Below are positions 1 to 9,958 of a stretch of 64,000 bases of DNA, piece after piece; position 1 is the first letter of the stretch; every line of letters starts with the position of its first letter. The translations under genes were made by a program, and so were the position numbers. The notes under the pieces were generated by a model. It had not been told where the DNA came from. It searched no databases and worked only from the letters and a program-made list of their open reading frames with translations. Source of the stretch: Terriglobia bacterium (GTDB lineage: Bacteria > Acidobacteriota > Terriglobia > JAJPHL01 > JAPKYU01); assembly GCA_965223005.1 (NCBI GenBank), contig CBDCVK010000010.1, forward strand, positions 864,001 to 928,000. The letters run 5' to 3'.

Positions 1-495
1 CAGGATGACCCGCGCCGCACGCCCCAGGCGGCGCTGGACGAGATCCTGGAGCTCTGGGAAACTGATACCCGTTACCAGCAGGTCTTCCAGAGTACTGTCA
101 TAAGCTACAAGGTAGGCGTCCCTCGGCCCTATAGGCTCAACCACTCCGTGCGTGGCTAGAAAGATATATACCGAATCGCCCGGCTTTACCTTGCGCAGCA
201 GCCAGGAGCCTATGGCGCGCTTCACTTGGGCGCGTGTGGCCTGCTCATTGGTGATGGTGAGCACGTGGTCGGGGAGAAAGTTCAGTCCTTGCCCGCTGGT
301 AACATACTTGGCAAAGCTTTCGGCATCGGCGTCGGCGTACTCCAGCCACTGCTTTTTGGGCAGGACCTGGTAGCGGGAAATCCCGATTACCACCGCCCAG
401 GCTTTCTCGGAACCGGGCGGCGAAAAGAGGTTGTCCGGGAGCTGCCCGGCCAAAAGCGCCGCCGCCAGAAGCAGAACCGCCCCCAAGCGCTTCAT
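1..495 (-). CDS. Caspase-like (peptidase C14) protein with N-terminal signal peptide, partial (runs off the window edge)
   Basis: Manually translated stop-free frame from ATG 495 to position 1: MKRLGAVLLLAAALLAGQ...KAWAVVIGISRYQ...LEYADADAESFAKY...LTITNEQATRAQVKRAI...KPGDSVYIFLATHG...YLVAYDS...AARVIL. These are typical C14 motifs, including the catalytic His-Gly. Not in the ORF track. Confidence 0.85.
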   Translation of the reverse strand, partial: MKRLGAVLLLAAALLAGQLPDNLFSPPGSEKAWAVVIGISRYQVLPKKQWLEYADADAESFAKYVTSGQGLNFLPDHVLTITNEQATRAQVKRAIGSWLLRKVKPGDSVYIFLATHGVVEPIGPRDAYLVAYDSTLEDLLVTGISFPELQDLVQRRLGRAARVIL

Positions 496-833
496 AGTGG
501 TTACCATAACGCATTTGGATCTTTGATGAACAAGGAAGGCGAGTGCTTGTGCGGCAATATCTCACATTGGAGCCCGACGATGGTTGTTATGTTGGTTGGA
601 GGAGTAATTCTGGGGCACCTGGGAATTCCTTAGGAAACTACGACTTAACTGCTTGCGCTGCTCCAGCTCATCCCGATTCGGGACTTTCTCGACAAAGGCT
701 GAACCGGACGCTACACCAAGCAAAGAGGAAAAGGGAAATCTGGCGAGCTGAACTTGAAGCAAGAAGACGGCTGGCCTATGATCTTGCACAAAGGTAAAGA
801 TTGAAGCCGGAAATTCCGGTTAAAAGGTGGTGA

Positions 834-1754
834 GTGATGATCTGTCGGACTGTAACCGCGCTTCTGTGTCTTTGCGCTGCCGCGCAGGCCGCAGCCCCGG
901 TGGGGATACTTTCCACGGTGTCAGGCAACGTACAAATCGTGAGGGCGGGGCAGAAGAGCCCAGTTCCAGCGCGAATTGCCGACTTGATTGCGGCCGGCGA
1001 CCGCGTCCTGACCGGCAAGAGTTCTGAGGCCGCCTTCCTGTTCTGTCCCGAATCGAGCGCTGCCAAGATTCTGGCCAACGCTGACGTCCAGTTCGAGGCG
1101 ACTTCGGTGAAGGTGCGCAAAGGCAAGCTTGGGAACGCGCGCGAGGTGCCCTCCTGCCGCCTGCCCGCCAATCTGACGCTGGCTGGGGCCAGCCAGATGG
1201 AGTCCGCCATGATGCGTCTGCGGGCACCGATCTCGCCGCTGCGCTCTCCTTCGCGCACCAACATTGCCAGCCTCCAGCCCAGGTTCCGCTGGGTTCCGGT
1301 GAACAACGCCGACACTTACGAGGTCAAGTTGATGGACGGCGAAGAGCGCATTCTCTGGCGCCAGAGCGTTTCCTCGACGGAGGTACAGTACCCGTCCGAT
1401 GCCCAAGCCCTAGCCTGGGGCGAGAAATATTGGTGGCAGGTGACTGCTCGGAAGGGCGAAGAACCGCTGACCGAAGCCGGCTCTTACTTCCGGGTGCTGC
1501 TGAGGGAGGAGGCCGAGCGGGTCCGCGCCACCGAAAGCAACTTGCGCCGCGCTTTGCAGGGAAATCCCGCCGACAACGGGCCGCGCTTCCTGCTGGCGTT
1601 TCTTTACGAAGAGAACGGAATGCTAGACGAGGCAGCTTGGACCTACCGCGAACTGACCGACCAGAGGGACCCTCAAGAGTGGATTCGGGCTCGCCTGACC
1701 GAGCTAATGAACAAGCTCGGTTGGGACCAGCTGGAATCCAGGCCGTTCCGCTAG
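834..1754 (+). CDS. Exported protein: FecR-like N-terminal beta domain, DUF928-like Ig/FN3 domain, C-terminal TPR-like helices
   Basis: 306 aa ORF; signal peptide; VGILSTVSGNVQIVR...GDRVLTG (FecR-like); PRFRW...YPSDAQALAWGEKYWWQV (DUF928-like); LLAFLYEENGMLDEA (TPR-like). Confidence 0.65.
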   Translation: MMICRTVTALLCLCAAAQAAAPVGILSTVSGNVQIVRAGQKSPVPARIADLIAAGDRVLTGKSSEAAFLFCPESSAAKILANADVQFEATSVKVRKGKLGNAREVPSCRLPANLTLAGASQMESAMMRLRAPISPLRSPSRTNIASLQPRFRWVPVNNADTYEVKLMDGEERILWRQSVSSTEVQYPSDAQALAWGEKYWWQVTARKGEEPLTEAGSYFRVLLREEAERVRATESNLRRALQGNPADNGPRFLLAFLYEENGMLDEAAWTYRELTDQRDPQEWIRARLTELMNKLGWDQLESRPFR

Positions 1755-2179
1755 TGCGGCAATGCGGCCTTGGTGGGGCGCGCACGGCCGAGCGCGAGTA
1801 CCGCCGCGCCGAGCGGTTATTGCTGGACCAGGGTGACATGGCACGGCATGAGTTGGCTACTTTCTACGCGGACCACGACCGAAACCTCGCCCTGGCGCTT
1901 GACTGGATGCGCCAGGACCTGCGCACCGCCCGCGACATCGCCGCCTTCGACACTCTGGCCTGGGCTGCCTACAAGGCCGGGCTCATCGAGGAAGCCACGG
2001 CGGCCATCGGCCAGGCACTGCGGTTAGACACCCAGGACGCCCGCCTCTACTACCACGCAGGTAAGATTTTCCAGAAAGCCGGAGAAACTGAGAGCGGTAA
2101 GGAATACCTGCAGCGCGCAGTCGAGATCAATCCCCACTTTGACCTGCGCGAGTCGCCGACACTCCGTCGAGCGCTGTAA
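1754..2179 (+). pseudogene. C-terminal part of a TPR protein (5'-truncated remnant, or short CDS from GTG 1754)
   Basis: RHELATFYADHDRNL...DTLAWAAYKAG...DARLYYHAGKIF...LQRAVEINPHFD looks like the C-terminal TPR block of a longer protein. The upstream in-frame sequence is not protein-like and overlaps the preceding gene. Confidence 0.55.
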
Positions 2180-2469
2180 GCTTCCTGGCGAAAGCAGAAC
2201 TCAGCGCGCGGCTCATAGGGAAATCAGAGTAGCGGTGCGTGCGCTGTTCCGCGTCGGACGCTCCCCCTTGCGCCAAAACGAAGTTGGGGGGTTCGGGCGG
2301 ATCCTGACACCGGCATTTTTCACAGCTACTTCCTGAAAGCATAAGGTCTCACTCGCCGACTAGTGGCTCGGCTCTCGTTGTGCTATGTTGCCGCTAGCAG
2401 TACAGCAGTTCCGGTTCCTAGAATGGCGACCGCAGAAAGCGCTTGACGGAACCTACGCCATACTGAGCC

Positions 2470-3570
2470 ATGCCTGGAATGGAACTGGGCGCCAGAATCC
2501 AACAAGCGAAGGCGAAGCTGGATGCGCACGTGCGAGAGATCATCGACTGGCATTTCAATCCCGAAACCGGATGCCCGTTCTGGCTGGAGTTCGCCTCTAA
2601 GCTGAGCTGGGATCCCAGGCAGCAAATCCGCTGCTTTCAGGACCTGAGAAAATTACCGCCTTTCCAGGACGAGTGGCTCCGAGGAGGCCCGCTTCGCCGT
2701 TGGGTGCCCAAGGGCCTCGCCGGTCGGCCGGTTTACGTTTTCGAAACCGGCGGCACAACCGGGGTACCGAAGAGCCGTGTTGCCATTGAGGATTTCCGCA
2801 TCGATTACGAGATGTTCAGCGAAAGCCTGCCGGAGGAACACTTTCCGCACGGGGCGAACTGGCTGATGCTGGGACCCTCCGGTCCTCGTCGGATCCGGCT
2901 CGCGGTCGAGCACCTTTGCCAGCATCGGGGCGGCATTTGCTTCTTTGTGGATCTCGACCCTCGCTGGGTGATCAAGCTCATCAAGCAGGGGCGCGCGGAG
3001 GAGTTAGCAAGATACAGGGCCCATGTCGTGGAGCAGGCAATTACCTTGCTGAACGCGGGACATGAGATCCGGTGTCTGTTCACCACTCCGAAGTTGTTGG
3101 AGGCCCTGGCGGAGGAGATGGAAGAGCGGGGCACGAGCATCCGTGAGATCGGCATCACCGGCATCTTCGCAGGAGGAACGGAGTTTACGCCGCAGTTCAC
3201 TCGCTTCGCCATGGAGGAGCTGCTGGGCGATGGAGTCTATATGACGCCAACCTACGGCAACACCCTCATGGGCCTAGCCTGTTCGAAGCCCGTGACCTCC
3301 GAGGACGGCTACAAGATCACCTACTACGCGCCGCAACCGCGGGCCGTGATCGAAGTCGTCTCCTTCGACGACAACAATCAGGTCGTTGGCTACGGAGAAA
3401 CCGGACAGGTGCGGTTGACCACTCTAACCCGCGAGACCTTCATTCCCGGGTTTCTGGAAAGGGACGAAGGCGAGCGTGAGCCCCCCTGTGAGGCCTATCC
3501 GTGGGACGGCGTCAGCGGGGTCCGGCCATTCCGCCAGCTTGCTGCCGCGACAACCGTGGGAGTTTACTGA
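2470..3570 (+). CDS. Short ANL-superfamily adenylating enzyme, EhpF/GriC-like
   Basis: 366 aa; P-loop FETGGTTGVPK; WHFNPETGCPFW, VDLDPRWV, YGNT, GFLERD and terminal VGVY motifs typical of EhpF/GriC-like proteins. Confidence 0.75.
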   Translation: MPGMELGARIQQAKAKLDAHVREIIDWHFNPETGCPFWLEFASKLSWDPRQQIRCFQDLRKLPPFQDEWLRGGPLRRWVPKGLAGRPVYVFETGGTTGVPKSRVAIEDFRIDYEMFSESLPEEHFPHGANWLMLGPSGPRRIRLAVEHLCQHRGGICFFVDLDPRWVIKLIKQGRAEELARYRAHVVEQAITLLNAGHEIRCLFTTPKLLEALAEEMEERGTSIREIGITGIFAGGTEFTPQFTRFAMEELLGDGVYMTPTYGNTLMGLACSKPVTSEDGYKITYYAPQPRAVIEVVSFDDNNQVVGYGETGQVRLTTLTRETFIPGFLERDEGEREPPCEAYPWDGVSGVRPFRQLAAATTVGVY

Positions 3571-3594
3571 GCGTTTGTTGGGAGCTGAACAGCC

Positions 3595-5025
3595 ATGCTG
3601 AACTTGCCGATCCTGCGCTGGGGGCAGCCGTATACAAGCCTCGATCAGGACACCGTAGTTCACTTCCTGACGGGCGAGACGCTGGCCCGGGTCAGCCAGT
3701 CCAATACCGGCCTTGTGGCCCGTGACATGAAACAGGCGTGGCGCGCCCGCGAAGCCCTCATCAAGATCCCCATCCCGGAGCTGATCGGCATGATGAGGAA
3801 GGCAGCGGATTTATTCCTCAACGGTGTTCTCCCCGTGGGCGACGGCGAGCAGACGCCGGAGGACTTCGCCCGGCAGCAGTCGGCCAGCACCGGTCTGCCC
3901 GAGCGAATGTGCAAGGCCAACATGGAGAAGAACCACTTCGTGTTGTCGAACATCGACAAGATCCTGGACGCGCTGACGCGGCGACTGGATTCGAGCATCC
4001 TGACCCGAGGCTACGGATGGGAGTCCGGCGGGGTCACCGTCAGCTACCAGGTACAGGCGCCAGCCGTGGGGTTGGTGCTGCCCTCCAATTCGCCCGGCGT
4101 GCATACGCTGTGGCTGCCGGTGATCCCCATGCAGGTCGGGCTGGTCTTAAAGCCCGGTCCGCAAGAGCCCTGGACCCCCTACCGCACGGCCGCGGCCTTC
4201 TTCCAGGCGGGCGTGCCCAGAGAGGCGATCTCGATTTATCCCGGCGGTGGAGACATCGGGGCCGAAGTGGTCCAGAGGACGACCCGCTGCCTGATCTTCG
4301 GGGGAACCGCGACCGTCGAGCGATACAAAGGCGACCCACGCGTCCAGGTCCATGGCCCCGGCTTCAGCAAGATCCTGCTTGGCGACGACGTGGTGGACCA
4401 CTGGGAGGACTACTTCGATCTCATGGTGGACAGTGTGTTCCTCAACAGCGGGCGCGGCTGCATCAACTGCTCCGGCATTTGGGCTTCCCGCCACACCCGC
4501 GAAATCGCCGCAGCGTTGGCCGAGCGGCTGGGGCCGGTGGAGCCCCAGCCGCCCGAAGACCCTGAGTCCAGCCTCGCCGCCTTTACCGTGCCCGGGGCGG
4601 CGAGCGCGATTTGGAACACCATCAGGGGACAGCTCCAGGAACCGGGCGTCGAAGACATCACCGCCGGATTCGGTCCGCGGCTCGTGGAACGAGAGCGCTG
4701 CGGTTATCTGCGGCCCATGGTTATTCATTGTGACTCCCCTGATCGGGAACTGGCCAATACAGAGTTCATGTTTCCCTTCGCGAGCGTCGTGCGTTGCCCA
4801 CAGGAACAGATGCTCGGCCGGATCGGCTCCACGCTGGTCTGCAGTGCCATCACTCAGGAGAAGGACTGGCAGCGCAAGCTGATCGATGCGCCCCAGATTG
4901 ATCGACTGAACCTCGGCCCCATCCCCTCCACCAAGCTGGACTGGTTCCAACCTCACGAGGGCAACATCGTCCAGTTTCTCTTCCGTCCTAGATCGTTTCA
5001 GATCCTCGAAGCGGCGACAGTGTAG
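3595..5025 (+). CDS. Aldehyde dehydrogenase-superfamily protein, EhpG/GriD-like (putative acyl-adenylate reductase)
   Basis: 476 aa; PSNSP, LKPG, FGG, HGPGFSK, NSGRGCINCS (catalytic Cys), EFMFPF, PHEG; starts 24 nt after the adenylating-enzyme gene. Confidence 0.8.
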   Translation: MLNLPILRWGQPYTSLDQDTVVHFLTGETLARVSQSNTGLVARDMKQAWRAREALIKIPIPELIGMMRKAADLFLNGVLPVGDGEQTPEDFARQQSASTGLPERMCKANMEKNHFVLSNIDKILDALTRRLDSSILTRGYGWESGGVTVSYQVQAPAVGLVLPSNSPGVHTLWLPVIPMQVGLVLKPGPQEPWTPYRTAAAFFQAGVPREAISIYPGGGDIGAEVVQRTTRCLIFGGTATVERYKGDPRVQVHGPGFSKILLGDDVVDHWEDYFDLMVDSVFLNSGRGCINCSGIWASRHTREIAAALAERLGPVEPQPPEDPESSLAAFTVPGAASAIWNTIRGQLQEPGVEDITAGFGPRLVERERCGYLRPMVIHCDSPDRELANTEFMFPFASVVRCPQEQMLGRIGSTLVCSAITQEKDWQRKLIDAPQIDRLNLGPIPSTKLDWFQPHEGNIVQFLFRPRSFQILEAATV

Positions 5026-5234
5026 CGCAGTTGGGCTTTTCGGACCGAAGGGATCCTCCAAAAGGGGTCGGGGTACTGATCTGTTCTCGGAGGCGCCGCC
5101 AGGCCATCCCACGGTCTAGACGATAGCCCTGAGCTCGAACCCTCATTGAATTTCTTGGGTGCTCGCGCGAGAACGCGCGACCCCGCCGGAACAAGGAGAC
5201 CGGAAATTCGCAGGGGTCAGATTGCTACTATAGA

Positions 5235-6602
5235 ATGTTGCCACCAAAGTCCACAAATCTCATGGATCCGCTTAAAGAAAAAATACGCTCACTAGCCGAG
5301 GCACTACGATCCGGGGCGCTCTCTCATGCGGACTACCGGAAGCAACTGCGGGAGATCTTTGAGAAACAAAATCCCAGGGTCTTCGCATTTCTTGAAGAGC
5401 CGTCCGACCGTTTCGACCGTCTAGGTAGGGAGGCACGGGAATTGGAGGCGCGTTTTCACGACCTCGCGTCGCGCCCGCCGCTCTACGGCATTGCGATCGG
5501 GGTGAAGGACATTTTCGGGGTGGCAGGGATGCCTACCCGGGCGGGGAGCAAGCTCCCGCCGGAGTTGTTTGCCGGGCCGGAAGCCGCCTGTGTGACGGCT
5601 CTCAAAAACGCTGGCGCGCTGATTTTGGGAAAGACCGTCACCACTGAATTCGCCTATTTTGCCGCCGGGCTGACGCGAAACCCATATCAGGTGAACCACA
5701 CGCCGGGCGGCTCGTCGAGCGGCTCGGCAGCGGCGGTCGCGGCCGGAATGTGCCCGCTGGCCTTGGGTTCGCAAACCATCGGCTCTGTCATTCGGCCTGC
5801 TGCTTTTTGCGGGGTGGTGGGTTTCAAGCCGAGCTATGGACGGATTTCGACCGATGGAGTCCTTCCCGTGTCCTCATCGTTCGACACTGTCGGTTTCTTC
5901 ACCTCGGATGTGGAAAGCGCGGAGGTGGCGGCATCCATCCTTGTGGATGGCCTTGTGGATGGATGGTCGCCTGGTTCTTCAACCAGCACGCCGGTCCTGG
6001 GAGTGCCCCAGGGTCCGTATCTGGAACGAACGAGCCAGGAGGGCCTGAAACACTTTCACGAGACCTGCCGGCGGCTTGCAAAGTCCGGAGCGGAGATCAA
6101 AGATTTCCATGCTATGCAGGATCTCGACGACATTGCCGCCCGGCACATCAAACTTATGGCCGCCGAGATGGCCGAGGTGCACCGGGAATGGTTCCCACGC
6201 TACCGGCATCTGTATCATCCCAAAACCGCCGCGATAATCGAGAAAGGGCAAAAGGTCTTGCCGGAGGATTTCAGGGCCGGACTTGCCGGCCGTGAGAAAT
6301 TACGCTCAGAAATCCTGCGCCTGATGGAGCAGCATGGCTTGACGGCGCTAGTGGCTCCCTCGGCAGTGGGCCCCGCCCCCGAGGGGCTCGAGAGCACCGG
6401 CGACCCCATCATGAACCTCCCTTGGACCCACTGTGGGCTCCCGGTAATCAGTCTGCCTTCCGGATTGAGCGGAAACGGCCTGCCGCTTGGCCTTCAAGTT
6501 GTTGGCTGTTGGCAGCAGGATGAAGTCCTACTTCGTCTGGCTGCACGCATTGAGAGAGTCCTTGGGCTGCTGCCTCCGGCACCATCGGGGTTGATGAAAT
6601 GA
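5235..6602 (+). CDS. Amidase signature family protein (start may be ATG 5262)
   Basis: GVKDIF, GKTVTTEFA, TPGGSSSGSAAAVAAG, GSQTIGSVIRPAAFCGVVGFKPSYG: Lys-Ser-Ser triad motifs. Confidence 0.9.
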   Translation: MLPPKSTNLMDPLKEKIRSLAEALRSGALSHADYRKQLREIFEKQNPRVFAFLEEPSDRFDRLGREARELEARFHDLASRPPLYGIAIGVKDIFGVAGMPTRAGSKLPPELFAGPEAACVTALKNAGALILGKTVTTEFAYFAAGLTRNPYQVNHTPGGSSSGSAAAVAAGMCPLALGSQTIGSVIRPAAFCGVVGFKPSYGRISTDGVLPVSSSFDTVGFFTSDVESAEVAASILVDGLVDGWSPGSSTSTPVLGVPQGPYLERTSQEGLKHFHETCRRLAKSGAEIKDFHAMQDLDDIAARHIKLMAAEMAEVHREWFPRYRHLYHPKTAAIIEKGQKVLPEDFRAGLAGREKLRSEILRLMEQHGLTALVAPSAVGPAPEGLESTGDPIMNLPWTHCGLPVISLPSGLSGNGLPLGLQVVGCWQQDEVLLRLAARIERVLGLLPPAPSGLMK

Positions 6603-6653
6603 AGTAAGGCTCACGAAGCCCTTGCAATTCTCTTGCCGCAGGAGGAGACACGT

Positions 6654-8288
6654 ATGAACGGTGCCCAATTGCTCGCGGATGAGCTGCGAAGGCGAGAGGT
6701 GAGGTTTGTAGCCACCTTATGCGGCCACGTGCTTAGCCCGTTTTATGCGGCTTTGGAACAGGCCGGCCTCAGGTTGGTAGATACCCGCAATGAACAGGCC
6801 GCCGCGTACATCGCCGAGGCTCATGGGCGTTTGAGCCGACGAGTGGGGGTGTGCGCTGTGACCAGCGGCGTGGCACATGCGAACGCGCTGACGGGCGTCG
6901 TCAATGCCCATATGGACGGAGCGCCCATGCTCCTCATCAGTGGAAGTGGCCCTCTTCGAACTCGAGGCATGGGTCACTTTCAGGATCTCGACCAAGTGGC
7001 GCTCGCGGCACCGGTTTGCAAATGGGCCCGGACGGTCGAAATACCAGAGCGTATCCCCCAGATGATCGAAGAAGGCTTCGCGGCTGCCACATCCGGTCGG
7101 CCCGGTCCTGTTCATCTCACACTGCCGCTCGATGTCCAGACCGCGGACGTTGACCTCACTCGGGTGGTTCGCTCACCGAAACGCTCAGTCGCAGTGAGCC
7201 TGAACGCCCCGGGCGACCCGCGGCTAATTGCAGAAGCCGCGAATTGGTTGGGCGAAGCGGCGCGCCCGCTCCTGATTGCGGGCAGCGGTGTTTTCTATGC
7301 GGAGGGGGAAGCAGCACTGGCCGAATTTGTGGAAAGCCACGCCATCCCGGTGGTAACTCCCATTTGGGATCGAGGAGCCATTCCCAAACCCCTCAAGGAA
7401 TTTCTGGGAGTTCTGGGTGCACCAACCGGAGAGGCAGTGCTTCTCCCCGAAGCGGACCTGGTCATTCTTGCGGGAGTGGGATTCGACTATCGGATCGGCT
7501 ACCTCCAGCCTCCAGCCGTGCTGGAAAATGTTCGGGTCATTCGAATTGATGTTGATCCGAATGAGCTTCACAGGGGGGTAGGAGTTCACCTGCCCATCCA
7601 GGGGGACGCACGTACTGTACTAGAGCAACTGCACGAAGAATGCCGGCGACGGCAAATCCCCCCCCACTCAGCCTGGCTGAAAGAAGCTCAGTCGCGCAGA
7701 CGAGAATTTCAAACCCGGTGTGTCGCTGCCCGCGAACGAGACAAAGAGGGTTTGCATGCTCTCGATATCCTTCGCGCACTCCAAACCGTGCTAACCGAAG
7801 ACACTGTCCTACTCGTGGACGGCGGCAGCATCGGACAATGGGCGCACCAGATTCTATGCGATCGGTATCCGGGCCACTGGCTCACGTGCGGGGCAAGCGG
7901 CGTGGTCGGCTATGGGCTCCCGGCCGCCATGGCGGCACGGCTGTTTTTTCCGGACCGTCCCGTTATTCTGCTCTCGGGTGATGGAGCACTCACGTTCACG
8001 ATTGCTGAATCGGAAACAGCTGCGCGGCAGGGTTTGAACTTCGTTGTCCTGCTGGCGGATGACGCCGCTTGGGGGATCACCCTCAGCGAACAGCAGCGTG
8101 CGTTCGGCCGCGGTATGGCCAGTGAACTCGGCCCCATCCGTTTCGACCTGGTGGCGGAAGGCTTCGGGTGCCACGGTGTGCGCATTTCAAGTCGAGAGCA
8201 AATTCAACCGGCACTGCGAGAGGGCCTCGCCCGGAAGCAACCTACCCTGATCCATGTTCCCATCGTCAGGAGCTCGCCAATGGGTTAG
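6654..8288 (+). CDS. Thiamine diphosphate-dependent enzyme (acetolactate synthase / benzaldehyde lyase / HACL-like)
   Basis: RBS GGAGGAG before ATG 6654; DTRNEQAAAYIAEA, GRPGPVHL, RIDVDP, GDGALTF...LADDAAWG ThDP motif. Confidence 0.88.
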   Translation: MNGAQLLADELRRREVRFVATLCGHVLSPFYAALEQAGLRLVDTRNEQAAAYIAEAHGRLSRRVGVCAVTSGVAHANALTGVVNAHMDGAPMLLISGSGPLRTRGMGHFQDLDQVALAAPVCKWARTVEIPERIPQMIEEGFAAATSGRPGPVHLTLPLDVQTADVDLTRVVRSPKRSVAVSLNAPGDPRLIAEAANWLGEAARPLLIAGSGVFYAEGEAALAEFVESHAIPVVTPIWDRGAIPKPLKEFLGVLGAPTGEAVLLPEADLVILAGVGFDYRIGYLQPPAVLENVRVIRIDVDPNELHRGVGVHLPIQGDARTVLEQLHEECRRRQIPPHSAWLKEAQSRRREFQTRCVAARERDKEGLHALDILRALQTVLTEDTVLLVDGGSIGQWAHQILCDRYPGHWLTCGASGVVGYGLPAAMAARLFFPDRPVILLSGDGALTFTIAESETAARQGLNFVVLLADDAAWGITLSEQQRAFGRGMASELGPIRFDLVAEGFGCHGVRISSREQIQPALREGLARKQPTLIHVPIVRSSPMG

Positions 8289-8341
8289 ATGCCAGCTGCT
8301 TGACAAAACGCTGAGGAGAAAGTGATCTTTCGTCTGCTGAC

Positions 8342-8389
8342 ATGGAACTCATTTCCATCGACGTGAGCCTCCCAAGTCAAGTCGCGTGA
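8342..8389 (+). pseudogene. 15-codon remnant resembling the N-terminus of a MOSC/YiiM protein
   Basis: MELISIDVSLPSQVA* resembles the MKLISVNVGLPREV start of YiiM-type MOSC proteins; TTGACA at 8300-8305 upstream. Very short match. Confidence 0.3.
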
Positions 8390-8398
8390 CGCGCGTGT

Positions 8399-9745
8399 TT
8401 AGTTTTCTGAGATGCGATAGAGGTGGTGGCGGCCGCGGAGGTAGATTTCCTTATCCACGATAGCAGGGGAGGCGTCAAAGCCATCATCGAGCTTGTTCGT
8501 CCCCAGCACTTTGAACTCGGGGCCGCGCTCGAGAACGACGGTCGCACCCTCCCGGTCGGTCACGTACACGCGCCCGTCGGCGCCGACGGGTGAAGAATAA
8601 ACATCCCCGATCCCCTCCAGCCGCTTCTGTCGATAGTATTCCTGTCCCGTCCGAGCGTTGAAACAGGAGAGAATCCCGGAATTCCGCTTCAGCAAATAGA
8701 GCGTATCTTTGTACAGAAGCGGGGAGGGGGCGTAGGGTGTATCCTGGTCCAGTTTCCAGGCGATGTTCTTTGAATCGGTGATGTCTCCGGCCGCCCCGTC
8801 CAGACGAATGGCAAGCAGCGCGTTCCCTCGGAACCCGCTGGTGACGAAGACTACGCCGCCGGAGGCCACGGGCGAGGGAATGGCGTTCATCGTCATGCCC
8901 GTGGTCTCCCAGATCAACTTCCCCGTCGCCAGGTCATAGCTGCGCACCCGGTTCGTGGCGCTGGTGACGACTTGCGGCTTCCCTCCGTGCTCCACCACAA
9001 CGGGGGTGGCCCACGACGTTTCTTCCTCCCGGCGGGCTCTCCACAGTTCCTTGCCCGTCTTCTTGTCCAGGGCAATCGTGAAGGACGGTCCTTCGTGATC
9101 CCAGTTCAGAACAATTTTGTCGCCGTAGAGGAACGGGGAACTGCCTTCACCGAAGCCGAGCTTGATGGTCATGTCACCCAGGTCTTTTTCCCAGATCAGG
9201 TTGCCCTCCCAGTCCAGGCAATAAAGGCCGCGGGAGCCGAAATAGGCGTAAACGTGTTCACCGTCGGTGACGGGAGAGTTCGAGGCCCAGGTTCCCGTGG
9301 GATGCGTGCCCTCGTGCGGGAGTTCCTCGCGCAGGGTCCGCTGCCAGAGAACCTTGCCACTCTTCCGGTCAATGGCGAAGATTGCGAACTTTTGCACTTC
9401 GGTCGGCTCAATGCCGCGCATATGGAAGCGACGCCCCCGGGCGGTCTGGGAGCCTTTTTTCGGCGGCACGGCCTTTTTCCCCGTTGAGACGGCCGTGGTC
9501 ACAAAGACACGGTCGCCCCAAACGATGGGCGAGGAAGAACCCTTGCCGGGAATCGCGACCTTCCACTTCACGTTTCGGTCTTCGCTCCATTCGACAGGCG
9601 GATCACCGAACGGCGCCACGCCGGTTGCGTGTGGCCCCCGCCACTGCGGCCAGAAGCGTTCCGGCTCCGTGGAAGCACCCGGCCACCAGCCCATCGCCAA
9701 TCCGGAAATCAGACACAAAATCGGGATCGCAGCTATCCGTCTCAT
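8399..9745 (-). CDS. PQQ-binding-like beta-propeller repeat protein (BamB-like), exported
   Basis: Signal peptide; WPQWRGP, SSPIVWGDRVFVT, repeated ALDKKTGKELW / SYDLATGKLIW, ASPAIVD. Confidence 0.88.
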   Translation of the reverse strand: MRRIAAIPILCLISGLAMGWWPGASTEPERFWPQWRGPHATGVAPFGDPPVEWSEDRNVKWKVAIPGKGSSSPIVWGDRVFVTTAVSTGKKAVPPKKGSQTARGRRFHMRGIEPTEVQKFAIFAIDRKSGKVLWQRTLREELPHEGTHPTGTWASNSPVTDGEHVYAYFGSRGLYCLDWEGNLIWEKDLGDMTIKLGFGEGSSPFLYGDKIVLNWDHEGPSFTIALDKKTGKELWRARREEETSWATPVVVEHGGKPQVVTSATNRVRSYDLATGKLIWETTGMTMNAIPSPVASGGVVFVTSGFRGNALLAIRLDGAAGDITDSKNIAWKLDQDTPYAPSPLLYKDTLYLLKRNSGILSCFNARTGQEYYRQKRLEGIGDVYSSPVGADGRVYVTDREGATVVLERGPEFKVLGTNKLDDGFDASPAIVDKEIYLRGRHHLYRISEN

Positions 9746-9958
9746 GGAATACTCCCATCTCTGATTAGGTGGAATCCCATCCTAAGCCGCACCCGAAGGC
9801 GTGTCAACACTTCTGGGCTGCGGGAGTCGAAGCTGTATGCAAACCGGGGTTTCAAGCTTTTCCTTGACTGCGCTGCTGACGGAGGAGGAAAATTCTGCGA
9901 TCGTTCCATTCAAGTTTTGATACAGACTTACATCTTGAGGCGACAGGAGGATTCAGCG

